The notes: generated by a model not told the origin, from the sequence alone. A stretch of DNA of 64,000 nucleotides from an uncultured Planctomycetia bacterium (GCA_964354545.1 CAYHAE010000002.1:3847-67846); one strand, 5' to 3'. Numbered from the stretch's first letter, positions 27,128 to 36,610 are shown. Made by a program: numbers and translations.

Positions 27128-27526
27128 ATGAGGATAGGACAGACCAAGATCAGAGTGAGGTATCAGGAGACGGACGCCATGGGCGTCGTCTATTACGGTC
27201 AGTACTTCGTGTGGTTTGAGGTCGCGCGGACCGAATTCCTGAGGGACTCGGGCGTTTCGTACAGGGACCTGGAGAAAGAGGGGCTTCGCCTTATGGTCGT
27301 TGAGGCATCGTGCCGATACAAATACCCGTGCCGGTACGATGATCTCGTGAGCGTCCACACGTGGGTGAGCACGATAGAGAGGACGAGCCTTTTTTTTGAC
27401 TACAAGGTATATGTGGGAGAGAAAATTGCCGCGCTTGGCAGGACCGCGCACGTATGTACCTCTCCATCCCTGAAACCTATCAAGATCCCGCCAAAGTTGC
27501 GAGAGGCACTCACTGGGCAAGGGTAA
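27128..27526 (+). CDS. YbgC/4HBT-family acyl-CoA thioesterase
   Basis: RVRYQETDAMGVVYY..Y..WFEVARTE. Confidence 0.9.
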   Translation: MRIGQTKIRVRYQETDAMGVVYYGQYFVWFEVARTEFLRDSGVSYRDLEKEGLRLMVVEASCRYKYPCRYDDLVSVHTWVSTIERTSLFFDYKVYVGEKIAALGRTAHVCTSPSLKPIKIPPKLREALTGQG

Positions 27527-28130
27527 GCGTAATCTCGGTATCGCTGTACATCACCACCACATTATTCTTGTTGATCTTCACCACCCGCGCATCCGCAACC
27601 GTATCGCCTTCCCCGACCATCTTGTTGTTGATGACCGCGTAGCACTCCTTACCATATCCCATAATGCCGCTCAGGGAAAGCTCAGGTGCTGCAACAGGGG
27701 ATTTCATGTGAGGGTCAAAAGACGGGGGCAGCTGCGCCGCCTCTTTCTCTTGCCGAGGCGTTGCTGCGAATGGGGCGGTCTCGGGCTGTGCCGGATAAAC
27801 GGCCTCTTGCTGACGGGACGGCGCATAGGCTGTTTCCGGTCTGCGTGGTTGAATTGAGCGGGGCATCGGCCTAAAGAAGACGACCATGGTCACGAACAGC
27901 GTGAGCGCAACGAGCCCGGCCATAAGGCCGCCCACCACCGCGATCGTGGACACATGCGTGCGTCGTTCGACCTTCTTCTCAAAGGGGCCCGGGATATCCT
28001 TCAGGAAGGGCTCCTGCTCCAAGGCCTTCTCGAGCAGGGGAGATTCGCGCGCGGAGAAGGCGATGTCGAATTCCTGCGCCACCCTCCTTTTCTCCTCAGC
28101 TTTTTTTAGCGCTTCGCTGATAATGCTCAT
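27510..28130 (-). CDS. GspB/ExeB-like membrane protein
   Basis: MSIISEALKKAE N-terminus, single TM, C-terminal LSGI...AVINNKMVGEGD; directly follows the ExeA-like gene. Confidence 0.7.
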   Translation of the reverse strand: MSIISEALKKAEEKRRVAQEFDIAFSARESPLLEKALEQEPFLKDIPGPFEKKVERRTHVSTIAVVGGLMAGLVALTLFVTMVVFFRPMPRSIQPRRPETAYAPSRQQEAVYPAQPETAPFAATPRQEKEAAQLPPSFDPHMKSPVAAPELSLSGIMGYGKECYAVINNKMVGEGDTVADARVVKINKNNVVVMYSDTEITLTLAQ

Positions 28131-28133
28131 TCG

Positions 28134-28970
28134 CTACCCCGCTGCGTGCGCGATGTGCGCAACGCCCTCTTCGAGCTCCTGGATGCTTTTCGATATGATG
28201 GGAAGCGTTATGTCCTTCGTCTCCAGGACATACGCCAAGAGGAGCGCCTTGTCACACACCATGTTGATAAGCCTTGGTATCCCGCCTGAATATGTATAGA
28301 TCTCCTGGATCGCGTCGTCGGCAAACCGAATGTCGCCGTTCGATCCCGCGACCTTGAGCCTGTGGTAGATGTACTGAAATATTTCGTCGGGCTCAAGAGG
28401 GGTGATGTGGAACCTCACGGCGATGCGCTGCCTCAGCTGGGCCAATTCCGGGGAGCACAATTTTTCCCTCAATTCCGGCTGCCCCACGAGTATTATCTGG
28501 AACAACTTCTCTTTTTCTGTCTCGAGGTTCGAGAGCATCCGTATCTCCTCGAGCGCCCGGGGTTTCAAATTCTGAGCCTCGTCTATGATGAGGACCACGT
28601 TCCTCCCGCGGGTGAGCTCGTTGAGCAGAAACTCGTTGAACCGCTTGAGAAGAGAGAGTTTGGTATTTCGCTTTTCGATGGCGACGCCGAGGTCTTCGAG
28701 TATGGCCTTGAGGAGCTGTGATTCCGGGAGGGTGGAGTTGAATATGAGAGCGGACTTCGTATCCTTATCGAGCTGGTTCAGGAGGGCGCGGCAGAGGGTG
28801 GTCTTTCCCGCACCGATCTCGCCCGTGATCTCAAGGAACCCCTTCCTCTCCTTGATCCCGTATATGAGCTGGTCAAACGCCTCTTTGTGGACGCGGCTCA
28901 AGAAAAGGAAGTTCGGATCGCTCGTAACGCTGAACGGTTTCTCTTTGAGGCCGAAAAAATCCCTGTACAT
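28134..28970 (-). CDS. ExeA/GspA-family AAA ATPase
   Basis: MYRDFFGLKEKPF, TGEIGAGKTT, IIDEAQNL, LVGQPEL, GIPRLINMVCD. Confidence 0.9.
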   Translation of the reverse strand: MYRDFFGLKEKPFSVTSDPNFLFLSRVHKEAFDQLIYGIKERKGFLEITGEIGAGKTTLCRALLNQLDKDTKSALIFNSTLPESQLLKAILEDLGVAIEKRNTKLSLLKRFNEFLLNELTRGRNVVLIIDEAQNLKPRALEEIRMLSNLETEKEKLFQIILVGQPELREKLCSPELAQLRQRIAVRFHITPLEPDEIFQYIYHRLKVAGSNGDIRFADDAIQEIYTYSGGIPRLINMVCDKALLLAYVLETKDITLPIISKSIQELEEGVAHIAHAAG

Positions 28971-29004
28971 TACGGTCTGTATCGTTTGAGCTATCAATGT
29001 ACAT

Positions 29005-29091
29005 AGTATACCTATAAATTACTGAAGTTGCAAATGCAAAATCTAAATCACACATTTTAATCTTGCAAATATAAAATTTCTAATGTATAAT
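29005..29091. promoter_or_regulatory. divergent sigma70-type promoters in an AT-rich spacer
   Basis: Minus strand TTGCAA(29033-29028)-17-TATACT(29010-29005); plus strand TTGCAA(29063)-17-TATAAT(29086). Confidence 0.55.
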
Positions 29092-29117
29092 TAATCAATA
29101 TATCACGGGAGGCAAGG

Positions 29118-29486
29118 ATGTGGAATGGGATAGACAGGAGGAAGTTTCCCCGCGGAGCGTACGTGTGTCTGATCACCATCCGGAGGAGGCTTACCTCAAA
29201 GATCATATCGACACATACTGAGAATATAGGCGCGGGAGGAATATGCGTGCTGATAAAGGAGGACCTCGGTCTCTTCCAGGGGGTTGACCTGGAGGTCCAT
29301 CTGGAGGACGACAACCCTCCCGTGAAGTGCGGGGGGACGGTGGTGTGGGTTGTGAAGAAGGCGAGCCCCAGGTCGAAAGGGGAGCATTTCTACGATACCG
29401 GGATCGAATTCATCGATATAAGGCCGGCAGAACAGGACCGCATATCGAGGATAGTCGAACAGCTGTTGGTCAAGGACAAACGATGA
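29118..29486 (+). CDS. single-domain PilZ protein
   Basis: RRKFPR and ENIGAGG motifs. Confidence 0.85.
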   Translation: MWNGIDRRKFPRGAYVCLITIRRRLTSKIISTHTENIGAGGICVLIKEDLGLFQGVDLEVHLEDDNPPVKCGGTVVWVVKKASPRSKGEHFYDTGIEFIDIRPAEQDRISRIVEQLLVKDKR

Positions 29487-29490
29487 ATCC

Positions 29491-29519
29491 TTGACAAAGG
29501 ATGTAATATGTGGTATACT
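29491..29519 (+). promoter_or_regulatory. near-consensus sigma70 promoter
   Basis: TTGACA-17-TATACT with TG extension. Confidence 0.75.
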
Positions 29520-29569
29520 TCTTCAAAAGAAGTATCCATGTATTACAGGAGAGGAGGTGAAGACGGGCG

Positions 29570-29905
29570 ATGAAGAGAATGATGAAAGGAATTATCCTAT
29601 GTCTAGCTATATTAGTGGTGCTCAATATAGCTACATCGGGTTACGCCCAAGATGCGGGTCGGAAACTCTATAGAGGTCTTGCGAACATCTTGACGGGTTG
29701 GGTGGAACTCCCGAAGAACATTTATGACACGAGCGTTGAGGATAATCCTCTCTCTGGACTGACAATAGGATTGGCGAAGGGAGTCGGCATGACGATCGTG
29801 AGGACGGGCGCGGGGATCTATGAAACAGTCACGTTCCCATTCCCAATTCCAGAGGGATATACACCAGTTTTAGAGCCAGAGTTTGTATTTAAAAGCAGCA
29901 AATAA
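29570..29905 (+). CDS. TIGR04073-like (exosortase system-associated) exported protein
   Basis: Signal peptide; KLYRGLANILTGWVELPK...G...RTGAGIYETVTFPFP. Confidence 0.8.
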   Translation: MKRMMKGIILCLAILVVLNIATSGYAQDAGRKLYRGLANILTGWVELPKNIYDTSVEDNPLSGLTIGLAKGVGMTIVRTGAGIYETVTFPFPIPEGYTPVLEPEFVFKSSK

Positions 29906-29937
29906 TACAAGACATCTGGCGTAGTTCGCGACAATTC

Positions 29938-29983
29938 AATAAGGGGATAGAAAGGTCGAAAACTTTTTATCCCTTTATTTTTT
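29938..29983 (+). terminator. intrinsic terminator
   Basis: AATAAGGGGATAGAAAG / CTTTTTATCCCTTTATT hairpin followed by a T tract. Confidence 0.75.
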
Positions 29984-30080
29984 ATGGCACAGGCGAACCT
30001 GCTTTGGGTTCGCACGAAAAAATGATTTGAATTTTTGTGTAGCGTGATGTAGAATAGTGCTTGGCAGAAAGGGGGAAGCA

Positions 30081-30446
30081 ATGGCTATTGTGGAGAGGAG
30101 AAAGTATATGCGGTTCAGCACCGTGCTGCACGGCGGATATGAGCTGCCCGATGGCCAGACGAAGGGACGGTCGGAAATAAAGAACCTCAGCAGGGAAGGG
30201 ATCAGCATCCTCGTTGATCGGAAGATCGACAGCGGGACTGAGATAGACCTCACTGTTGACATTCCAGGCGACAATGTGCCGATATATGCTCGTGCGCAGG
30301 TCGCGTGGAATAAGAAGTTGGATTCTGGCGAAAGGATCGCCTATGCGACCGGCCTCAAGTTTACCAGGATCGACAGGTTCGATAGGGCGCGGCTATTGGA
30401 CTTTGTCTACACCCAATGGATGAAGTTCCTGAAGAAAGAAGTGTAG
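30081..30446 (+). CDS. single-domain PilZ protein
   Basis: ERRKYMR and NLSREG motifs. Confidence 0.85.
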   Translation: MAIVERRKYMRFSTVLHGGYELPDGQTKGRSEIKNLSREGISILVDRKIDSGTEIDLTVDIPGDNVPIYARAQVAWNKKLDSGERIAYATGLKFTRIDRFDRARLLDFVYTQWMKFLKKEV

Positions 30447-30473
30447 TTCCTTGACCTCGCAGGAAGGAAAAAA

Positions 30474-30722
30474 GTGAGCGACGATACGCCAAAGGCTGAG
30501 GAGAAGGCGCAGCCGGCAAGCGCGCCAGCCCAGGCCGACGCGCCAGGGGCCGTAAAGGCCGCCACGCTGTCAGTCGGGAAGAACGCCCGGCCCAAGAATT
30601 GCGTTCAATGCAACAAAACGCTAAAAAAGAAGTGGTATTTTAGAAACGGGAAGTATTACTGCACCAAGAGGTGCTGGAAGGGTACGCTCAAGAAGAAGGA
30701 AGAGCCGACCGCAGCCGCGTAA
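30474..30722 (+). CDS. small basic Cys4 zinc-finger-like protein
   Basis: CVQC...YYCTKRC; GGAAGGA RBS before GTG. Confidence 0.65.
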   Translation: MSDDTPKAEEKAQPASAPAQADAPGAVKAATLSVGKNARPKNCVQCNKTLKKKWYFRNGKYYCTKRCWKGTLKKKEEPTAAA

Positions 30723-30777
30723 GGACGCAACGCGTGGATGCGCGAAGAGGCGGGAGAGATCCCCCCCCATCGATACG

Positions 30778-31338
30778 ATGCGAAAAAGCGAACTTTCCAG
30801 TCGAGAAGCCCTCTATCCGGTACCCGTCGTTTTGGTAACCTGCCGAGACCGCGCGAGTGAAAAGAACAACATCATCACTCTGGCGTGGTGTGGAGTTGTA
30901 TCATCGATCCCTCCGACCATAAGCATTTCCATTCGACCCTCACGACTATCGCATTCCTTCATAAAGAAGAGCGGTGACTTTGCGGTCAATATACCTAAGG
31001 TAGATATGGTGCGGAAGGTTGACTTCTGCGGTGTCAATTCCGGCAAAGAGGTCGACAAGTTCCGCTCCTGCGATTTTAACCCCGAAGACCCGCGCGTGAT
31101 ATCGTCGCCGATGATACGCGAGTGCCCGGTGAGCATCGAATGCGCGGTGAAGGACGTACAGCACTTGGGGTCTCACGACATGTTTTTAGGAGAGGTCCTT
31201 GCTGTCCATGCGGACGATGCGGTCCTCGACAAAGACGGCCGCATCGATTTTAAAAAGGCGGAACCCATCGTCTACTGCCAGGGCCAGTACTGGAGCCTCG
31301 GCGCGATGCTCGGTGAGTACGGCTTCTCAAAAAGATGA
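30778..31338 (+). CDS. flavin reductase (flavoredoxin) family protein
   Basis: LYPVPVVLV, SIRPSR.S, ECPVSIEC, LGSHDMF. Confidence 0.88.
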   Translation: MRKSELSSREALYPVPVVLVTCRDRASEKNNIITLAWCGVVSSIPPTISISIRPSRLSHSFIKKSGDFAVNIPKVDMVRKVDFCGVNSGKEVDKFRSCDFNPEDPRVISSPMIRECPVSIECAVKDVQHLGSHDMFLGEVLAVHADDAVLDKDGRIDFKKAEPIVYCQGQYWSLGAMLGEYGFSKR

Positions 31339-31802
31339 TGCTCGTGAGCGCATGCCTCGCCGGGAAGAGCTGTACTCACCGCGGGAAAAATGATCTGCGG
31401 CGGCGTATCGCGTGGGCGGTGAGAGAAGGGGCCGCTATACCGGTCTGCCCCGAAGAGCTCGGTGGCCTCGGGACGCCCCGCGAGGCGGCGGAGATCGCGG
31501 GCGGTAGCGGGGAAGACGTATTCCGCGGCAGGGCGAAGGTCTTCACGCACTCTCGCACAGACGTCACCGACATGTATATCGCGGGGGCACGCCGGACACT
31601 GGAGATCGTGAAGGAGCGCGGGTTGACGCGCGCGGTCCTGAAGGCGCTCAGCCCTTCGTGCGGGTGCGGATACATATATGACGGCACGTTCACGAAGAGG
31701 AGAGTGCGCGGCAACGGAGTGACTGCGGCGCTCCTCATCGAAAACGGCATTTCCGTGTGCACAGAGGAGGAGTTCTTAAAGCTGCGCCACGGCGATTCCT
31801 AA
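31335..31802 (+). CDS. DUF523 (2-thiouracil desulfurase-like) protein
   Basis: LVSACLAG, PVCPEELGGLGTPR, SPSCG. Confidence 0.88.
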   Translation: MMLVSACLAGKSCTHRGKNDLRRRIAWAVREGAAIPVCPEELGGLGTPREAAEIAGGSGEDVFRGRAKVFTHSRTDVTDMYIAGARRTLEIVKERGLTRAVLKALSPSCGCGYIYDGTFTKRRVRGNGVTAALLIENGISVCTEEEFLKLRHGDS

Positions 31803-31936
31803 GGTGCAAAAGGCTTGATAATTTCTGCAGAGAGATGGTACAATAGGTGCCGTTGGTGCAAGCCCCCCGCGCGCTCGCAGGGAAGCGCGCATAGCGAGGG
31901 AGGGCAGAGCGAGACTTCATGAAAGAGGGCGGGGCG

Positions 31937-32287
31937 ATGTTCAAAGAAGACTGTGTATTCTGTAAGATTGTGCGGCGCGACATCAATGCAAAAGTGGTCT
32001 TCGAGGATAACAAGATCATGGCCTTCGATGATGTAAGGCCGCAGGCGCCGGTCCATGTCGTCGTTATCCCGAAATACCATATCGAGAAGTTTTCAGATGT
32101 CTCAGATGAGCACACGACCCTCATGGGGAAGCTTATGTTCACGGCGAAGAAGATAGCCAAGGAGAAAAAGATAGAGGAATCAGGGTATCGGATAGTGCTG
32201 AACTGCAATAGGGACGGAGGACAGGAGGTCTTTCACCTCCATCTCCATGTGTTGGGGGGCAGGCCGCTCGCCTGGCCTCCCGGATAG
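31937..32287 (+). CDS. HinT-type histidine triad nucleotide-binding protein
   Basis: DCVFCKI, PQAPVH, GQEVFHLHLHVLGGR.LAWPPG. Confidence 0.92.
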   Translation: MFKEDCVFCKIVRRDINAKVVFEDNKIMAFDDVRPQAPVHVVVIPKYHIEKFSDVSDEHTTLMGKLMFTAKKIAKEKKIEESGYRIVLNCNRDGGQEVFHLHLHVLGGRPLAWPPG

Positions 32288-32314
32288 TTTTTTCGGGAGC
32301 GGAAGGAATATGCC

Positions 32315-32674
32315 ATGACGGTAGAGAGAAGGGCTTATCCGCGCGTCGCCGATGATAAGGTGTCCCTGAGGTTAAAGGTTGACCACTTTGACACCATTAC
32401 GCATACCCTGAACATCAGCGCGTCAGGGGTCTACTGCAAGATAGCCAACGAGATACCCGTTATGTCTCGAGTGAAGATCGTGATGATGTTCCCGGATCAA
32501 AACTCTTCTCACGAACATCCGAAGTCCATCGAAATAACGGGCGTGGTGGTGAGAGAGCACCCCGTCATCATCAACGGCGAGATAAAACATTACGACGTCG
32601 CGATCTTTTTCGATGGGCTCACCCAAAAAGAAAAAGAGGTCATCGCCCAGTATGTGAACCGCCGGCTCGCATAA
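32315..32674 (+). CDS. single-domain PilZ protein
   Basis: ERRAYPR and NISASG motifs. Confidence 0.85.
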   Translation: MTVERRAYPRVADDKVSLRLKVDHFDTITHTLNISASGVYCKIANEIPVMSRVKIVMMFPDQNSSHEHPKSIEITGVVVREHPVIINGEIKHYDVAIFFDGLTQKEKEVIAQYVNRRLA

Positions 32675-32730
32675 CGAGGGCGTGAACAGGCGCCGGCCGG
32701 CGGGGGCTTCGCACTACGAGGAGACACTCC

Positions 32731-33252
32731 ATGCTGCTCGTCGCAGAACTCTTATTGATCGCGATCCTGCTGATGATCCTTTTCGTGCTGCGCGGAGAGG
32801 AGTCGGCGCTGCGGAAAACGCGCATGCCTCAGGGGCGTCTCGAGAGGTACTGGGACGGGAGCGAACGCCGGCGGCACGTGCGCATGGATACCGTGCTCAA
32901 TATAAAATATCAAATAGAGAAGAACCGGCCTGCGAGCGGCGTGACCGCGCACGATATATCGGAGCGCGGCATCAGGCTGCTCATCGATAAAAAATTGGAG
33001 CGCGGCACCGTCATCGATATGGAGATCCTGCAAAACGGGACCGGTAAGAGCATACGCATCAAGGGTGTCGTCGTATGGTGCAACGAGGCTAGGGAGCAGG
33101 GAAAGGATGTCGACAAGAGGCTCTTCCACACGGGCGTCAAGTTCATTGAAGTCACGCGAGACTCCTTCGCTGCGTTTGAAGAGCTTATGTGTTCCTTGGA
33201 AGAAGATCTTAAGGTAAAGAGCGGTGCCGATGGGAATGCCGCTGTCTCCTAA
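32731..33252 (+). CDS. membrane-anchored PilZ protein
   Basis: N-terminal TM; ERRRHVR and DISERG. Confidence 0.85.
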   Translation: MLLVAELLLIAILLMILFVLRGEESALRKTRMPQGRLERYWDGSERRRHVRMDTVLNIKYQIEKNRPASGVTAHDISERGIRLLIDKKLERGTVIDMEILQNGTGKSIRIKGVVVWCNEAREQGKDVDKRLFHTGVKFIEVTRDSFAAFEELMCSLEEDLKVKSGADGNAAVS

Positions 33253-33763
33253 AAGGGTAAAGCTCATTGCGGGACTGATCTCGAACGAGGAGCGGTATCG
33301 TGAGTTGGCGCGCGCATCCCTCATCCGGAACTTCGGTCCGATAGACTTCGAAAGCGCGCCTATGGACTTTAGATCAACGGCGTACTACAATGAAGAGTTT
33401 GGCGAGAACCTGAAGCGCACGTTCATAAGCTTCGCGAAGCTTGCGAGGCCGGAGGGGATCGCCCGCGCGAAACTGGTGACGAATGCGCTCGAGGCTCGTC
33501 TTTCCCTCTCGGGCAAACGGCGCGTGAACATAGATCCGGGATACGTTGATCTCTCCAAGCTTGTGCTCCTCACCACTAAAGACTACTCGCACAGGATACA
33601 CCTGTCGAAAGGAATATACGGGGAGGTCACTCTCTATTACAGGGAGGGGACCTTCCGTGCGTGGGAGTGGACGTATCCTGACTACCGAACGCAAGGCTAT
33701 ATCGATATATTCAATACGATACGCGCGCTCTACAGGGGAGGAATAAGAAGCGATGTTGATTAA
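33230..33763 (+). CDS. DUF4416 family protein
   Basis: YYNEEFG, RRVNIDPGY, TTKDYSHRI, WTYPDY. Confidence 0.8.
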   Translation: MGMPLSPKRVKLIAGLISNEERYRELARASLIRNFGPIDFESAPMDFRSTAYYNEEFGENLKRTFISFAKLARPEGIARAKLVTNALEARLSLSGKRRVNIDPGYVDLSKLVLLTTKDYSHRIHLSKGIYGEVTLYYREGTFRAWEWTYPDYRTQGYIDIFNTIRALYRGGIRSDVD

Positions 33764-34346
33764 ACCGAAGAGCCTCATAGTGATCTTCCTCTCAAGCATC
33801 GTGATTTCGTCCGTACTGATATTCACCCTCATCGGCTACTACATGTACATAGAGCTCAAGGAGAGGGATACCGAGAAGGCCCGCGCGGATTCAATAAAAA
33901 AGATACAGGCGAAGATCTTCTCAAAGTACATCGAGATTGCGCAGCTGTCGGGTGAGATAGAGACCTCCGGCCCCTTGAAGGGGAGGCCCAGCATCGCAGG
34001 GGTTATAAAGAATACGAGCGCGCGGCCTCTCTGTAACATCCTATTGAAGGTCAAATTTCTGGATACGAAAAAGGCCTCGATCTATGAAGTCGTATTCCAG
34101 CCGTTGGAACCCACCTTTGGCATAGACCAACTGGGGTCTATGACGATGTCCTACCTGGCAGGTCCTCCCAAGAATTTCCTTGAGCCAAACTCGTCAAAGG
34201 TCTTTAAGCGTCTCGTGCCCAATTGCCCGCGGGAGCTCTTCAAGCCGGTGGCCGAAAGCGCGAAAGGCAAGAAGGGAAAGACACAAAAGAGATTGAGTCA
34301 GTGGTCGGGCGGGTTGGCGGCTGAAGTTGTATCCGTCAGTCTATGA
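33753..34346 (+). CDS. hypothetical membrane-anchored protein (FxLYD-like fold possible)
   Basis: N-terminal TM; GVIKNTS...VKFLD segment. Confidence 0.6.
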   Translation: MLIKPKSLIVIFLSSIVISSVLIFTLIGYYMYIELKERDTEKARADSIKKIQAKIFSKYIEIAQLSGEIETSGPLKGRPSIAGVIKNTSARPLCNILLKVKFLDTKKASIYEVVFQPLEPTFGIDQLGSMTMSYLAGPPKNFLEPNSSKVFKRLVPNCPRELFKPVAESAKGKKGKTQKRLSQWSGGLAAEVVSVSL

Positions 34347-34356
34347 GAGACGAGAT

Positions 34357-36066
34357 ATGAGGTCGATATACATTGCGATCGTGGTGGCTATCGTGGTGAG
34401 CATCCTGCTCTTGATCGCCACGTTTGTCTATCTCGAAAGAGAAAAGCACCAGACGTACTATTACACGGTCCGTGTGGAAGACACGCCGTACGGTTCTCTG
34501 CGGGTGGACCGGTATGTGACGGAGGATAAGAGGATCTATAAGGGCGTCTCCCAGACGCCATTTTCCGAAGACCTCACAGATTCTGAGGAGAGGTTAACCC
34601 TCTCCAATCAAGGCGAGTTGGATGAGTACCGGGAGGAGAGCTCGGGGATGGGCGCAGTAGAGTTCAACCTCATTAAAAACGATAAAGGCGTCGTCTCTTT
34701 CCTCTCCTCATACGGCTCGCGGTTTGCATACCTGAAGAGCATGCCGACAAAAGAGGACTCTTTCTTATTGAAGGATGAGTCGCTCGTTACCTACATGCCC
34801 CTCGTAGAGGGCTACGACTTTAAGAAAGGACGGGCCCAGGGTTTCCGCACGATACTCTACTTCGACAATGCCCTTCCTCCGATGAAGATAGTGCTCACCC
34901 TCACTTCTATCCGCGATGAGTATATAAAGATAGACGGATGGAGAGTGAAGACAGAGTGCATCCTTGTGAGGGCTCGCGGACATCCCCAGATCACGGTGTG
35001 GGTTTCAAAGGCGGACCACTCAATTGTCATGGTGGATGTCCACAGCAAGCACCTGAGGTTCTCGAGGACATTCTCGCCCAAAGAATTTGCGGCGAAAAAG
35101 GGACCCGCGAAAAGGCTTCCGGAGACAGGGCAGGCAGTCGTGTTCAAGAGCAAGAGGATTACTCTCTCGGGCGTCCTTTCCATGCCGCAGAGCGAAGGCG
35201 CGTGCGTGCCCGTGCTTATGATCCCGGATTCCGGGGTAGCAGACAGGGATTGTCTCGGAATATTTTCCGCCATAGCGGATCGCCTTGTCGAGAACGGTTA
35301 TGCCGTGTTACGGTGGGATAGAAGGGGTATCGGCGCATCGCAGGGAGACTATGGGACGTCAAGCGACGAGGACGAGGAAGGAGATATCCGCGCCGCCATC
35401 GACTTTCTATCGACGCAAAAAAATGTTGATAGTGAGAAAATTGTGCTATTAGGATATTCAAAGGGTGGTTACTTCGCATCTAAAATCGCATCTGAAAATC
35501 CTCGTGTGAAGGGATGCATCATCATGGCCGGTCTCGCATATACGAACGGTGCAGTTTCGGACTTCCAGATGTTGAGGACGAGGGCCTCTCGGGAAAATTG
35601 GCCTGAGGACTATCTGGCGCTTGTCCTGCAGTCGCGGCTGCAGAGCTTAGAGATCGTCAACAACAGGGAGAGGAGCTCTCAGACGATCCTTGGCCGCAGG
35701 TGCTACTTGCAGAAGATGCGAGAAGAGCTGAACGAGCGGCCGCTTGAGGTGATCAAGGGCGTGAAAGTGCCCGTGCTCCTTCTGCACGGCTCGAACGACG
35801 ATCAGGTGCCGAGCGAGTATTCCAAGATGCTGGATAAGAGCCTTGAGGAAGCGGGAAATTCGCAGCGTACGCTCATGTACTTCGGCTATCTCGATCACTA
35901 TTTCGGGAAGAAAGAATTTAACGGTAAGAGCAAGGTCGCCTATATACCGGACCCCCAGGTTCTTGACACGATAGTGCAGTGGTTGAAAAATAATGTGGGC
36001 ATGCTCAGCGTTCCCGCCGCTCCTCTCCCACAGGGCGATGAGACGGCTGCGGGAGAGCGTCCGTAA
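34357..36066 (+). CDS. membrane-anchored alpha/beta hydrolase
   Basis: N-terminal TM; DRRGIGAS, GYSKGG nucleophile, HGSNDDQV, LDHYFG. Confidence 0.8.
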   Translation: MRSIYIAIVVAIVVSILLLIATFVYLEREKHQTYYYTVRVEDTPYGSLRVDRYVTEDKRIYKGVSQTPFSEDLTDSEERLTLSNQGELDEYREESSGMGAVEFNLIKNDKGVVSFLSSYGSRFAYLKSMPTKEDSFLLKDESLVTYMPLVEGYDFKKGRAQGFRTILYFDNALPPMKIVLTLTSIRDEYIKIDGWRVKTECILVRARGHPQITVWVSKADHSIVMVDVHSKHLRFSRTFSPKEFAAKKGPAKRLPETGQAVVFKSKRITLSGVLSMPQSEGACVPVLMIPDSGVADRDCLGIFSAIADRLVENGYAVLRWDRRGIGASQGDYGTSSDEDEEGDIRAAIDFLSTQKNVDSEKIVLLGYSKGGYFASKIASENPRVKGCIIMAGLAYTNGAVSDFQMLRTRASRENWPEDYLALVLQSRLQSLEIVNNRERSSQTILGRRCYLQKMREELNERPLEVIKGVKVPVLLLHGSNDDQVPSEYSKMLDKSLEEAGNSQRTLMYFGYLDHYFGKKEFNGKSKVAYIPDPQVLDTIVQWLKNNVGMLSVPAAPLPQGDETAAGERP

Positions 36067-36086
36067 TAGCACATATGAAAATTGAT

Positions 36087-36116
36087 TTGACATCTACATA
36101 TGATATATGATATACT
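36087..36116 (+). promoter_or_regulatory. sigma70-type promoter
   Basis: TTGACA-18-TATACT with TG extension. Confidence 0.6.
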
Positions 36117-36155
36117 TTACCCGAAATTGGTCACTATAAAAAAGGAGGTGGATAG

Positions 36156-36548
36156 ATGAATATAGTGAAGATTGGCCTCATCATAGTGTTGGTAATGAGC
36201 GTCGCAACCCTATCATATGCGGCCTCGAACGTAACGCCGGCGACAGGCGGCGCGAAGAGCGAGAGGACGCCATGGGTGAAACATGCAGATGTGAAGGGGG
36301 CTTCAGATAAAGTCGACAGGGGCTTACGGGGCGTGCTCTTTTGCTGGACCGCGATACCGAAATCGATTGTAGATACTACGAAAGAAACGAAGAACCCGAT
36401 TCTAGGCCTCACCGTCGGAACGTGGACTGGCTTGAGGAAGATGCTGCCGAAGGCCGCGTCAGGGGCTGCAGACCTTGCCTCACTCGCGAAGCAGGATCCC
36501 ACTAAACCTCTCATAAGCCCGGACGAGATGCAAGGGGCAACGAAATAG
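36156..36548 (+). CDS. exported protein, divergent TIGR04073-like paralog
   Basis: AAGGAGGT RBS, signal peptide; KVDRGLRGVLFCWTAIPKSIVDT...NPILGLTVG aligns by eye with 29570-29905. Confidence 0.7.
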   Translation: MNIVKIGLIIVLVMSVATLSYAASNVTPATGGAKSERTPWVKHADVKGASDKVDRGLRGVLFCWTAIPKSIVDTTKETKNPILGLTVGTWTGLRKMLPKAASGAADLASLAKQDPTKPLISPDEMQGATK

Positions 36549-36569
36549 GAAAGCGTTAATCCTTTGTGA

Positions 36570-36610
36570 AAAGCAGGGTTATGGAAACTATAACCCTGCT
36601 TTTTATTTTT
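36570..36610 (+). terminator. intrinsic terminator
   Basis: AAGCAGGGTTAT / ATAACCCTGCTT perfect stem followed by a T tract. Confidence 0.85.

Noticed and set aside
31803-31918. GC-rich hairpin upstream of hinT as a riboswitch
   Set aside because: No recognisable aptamer, terminator or second copy
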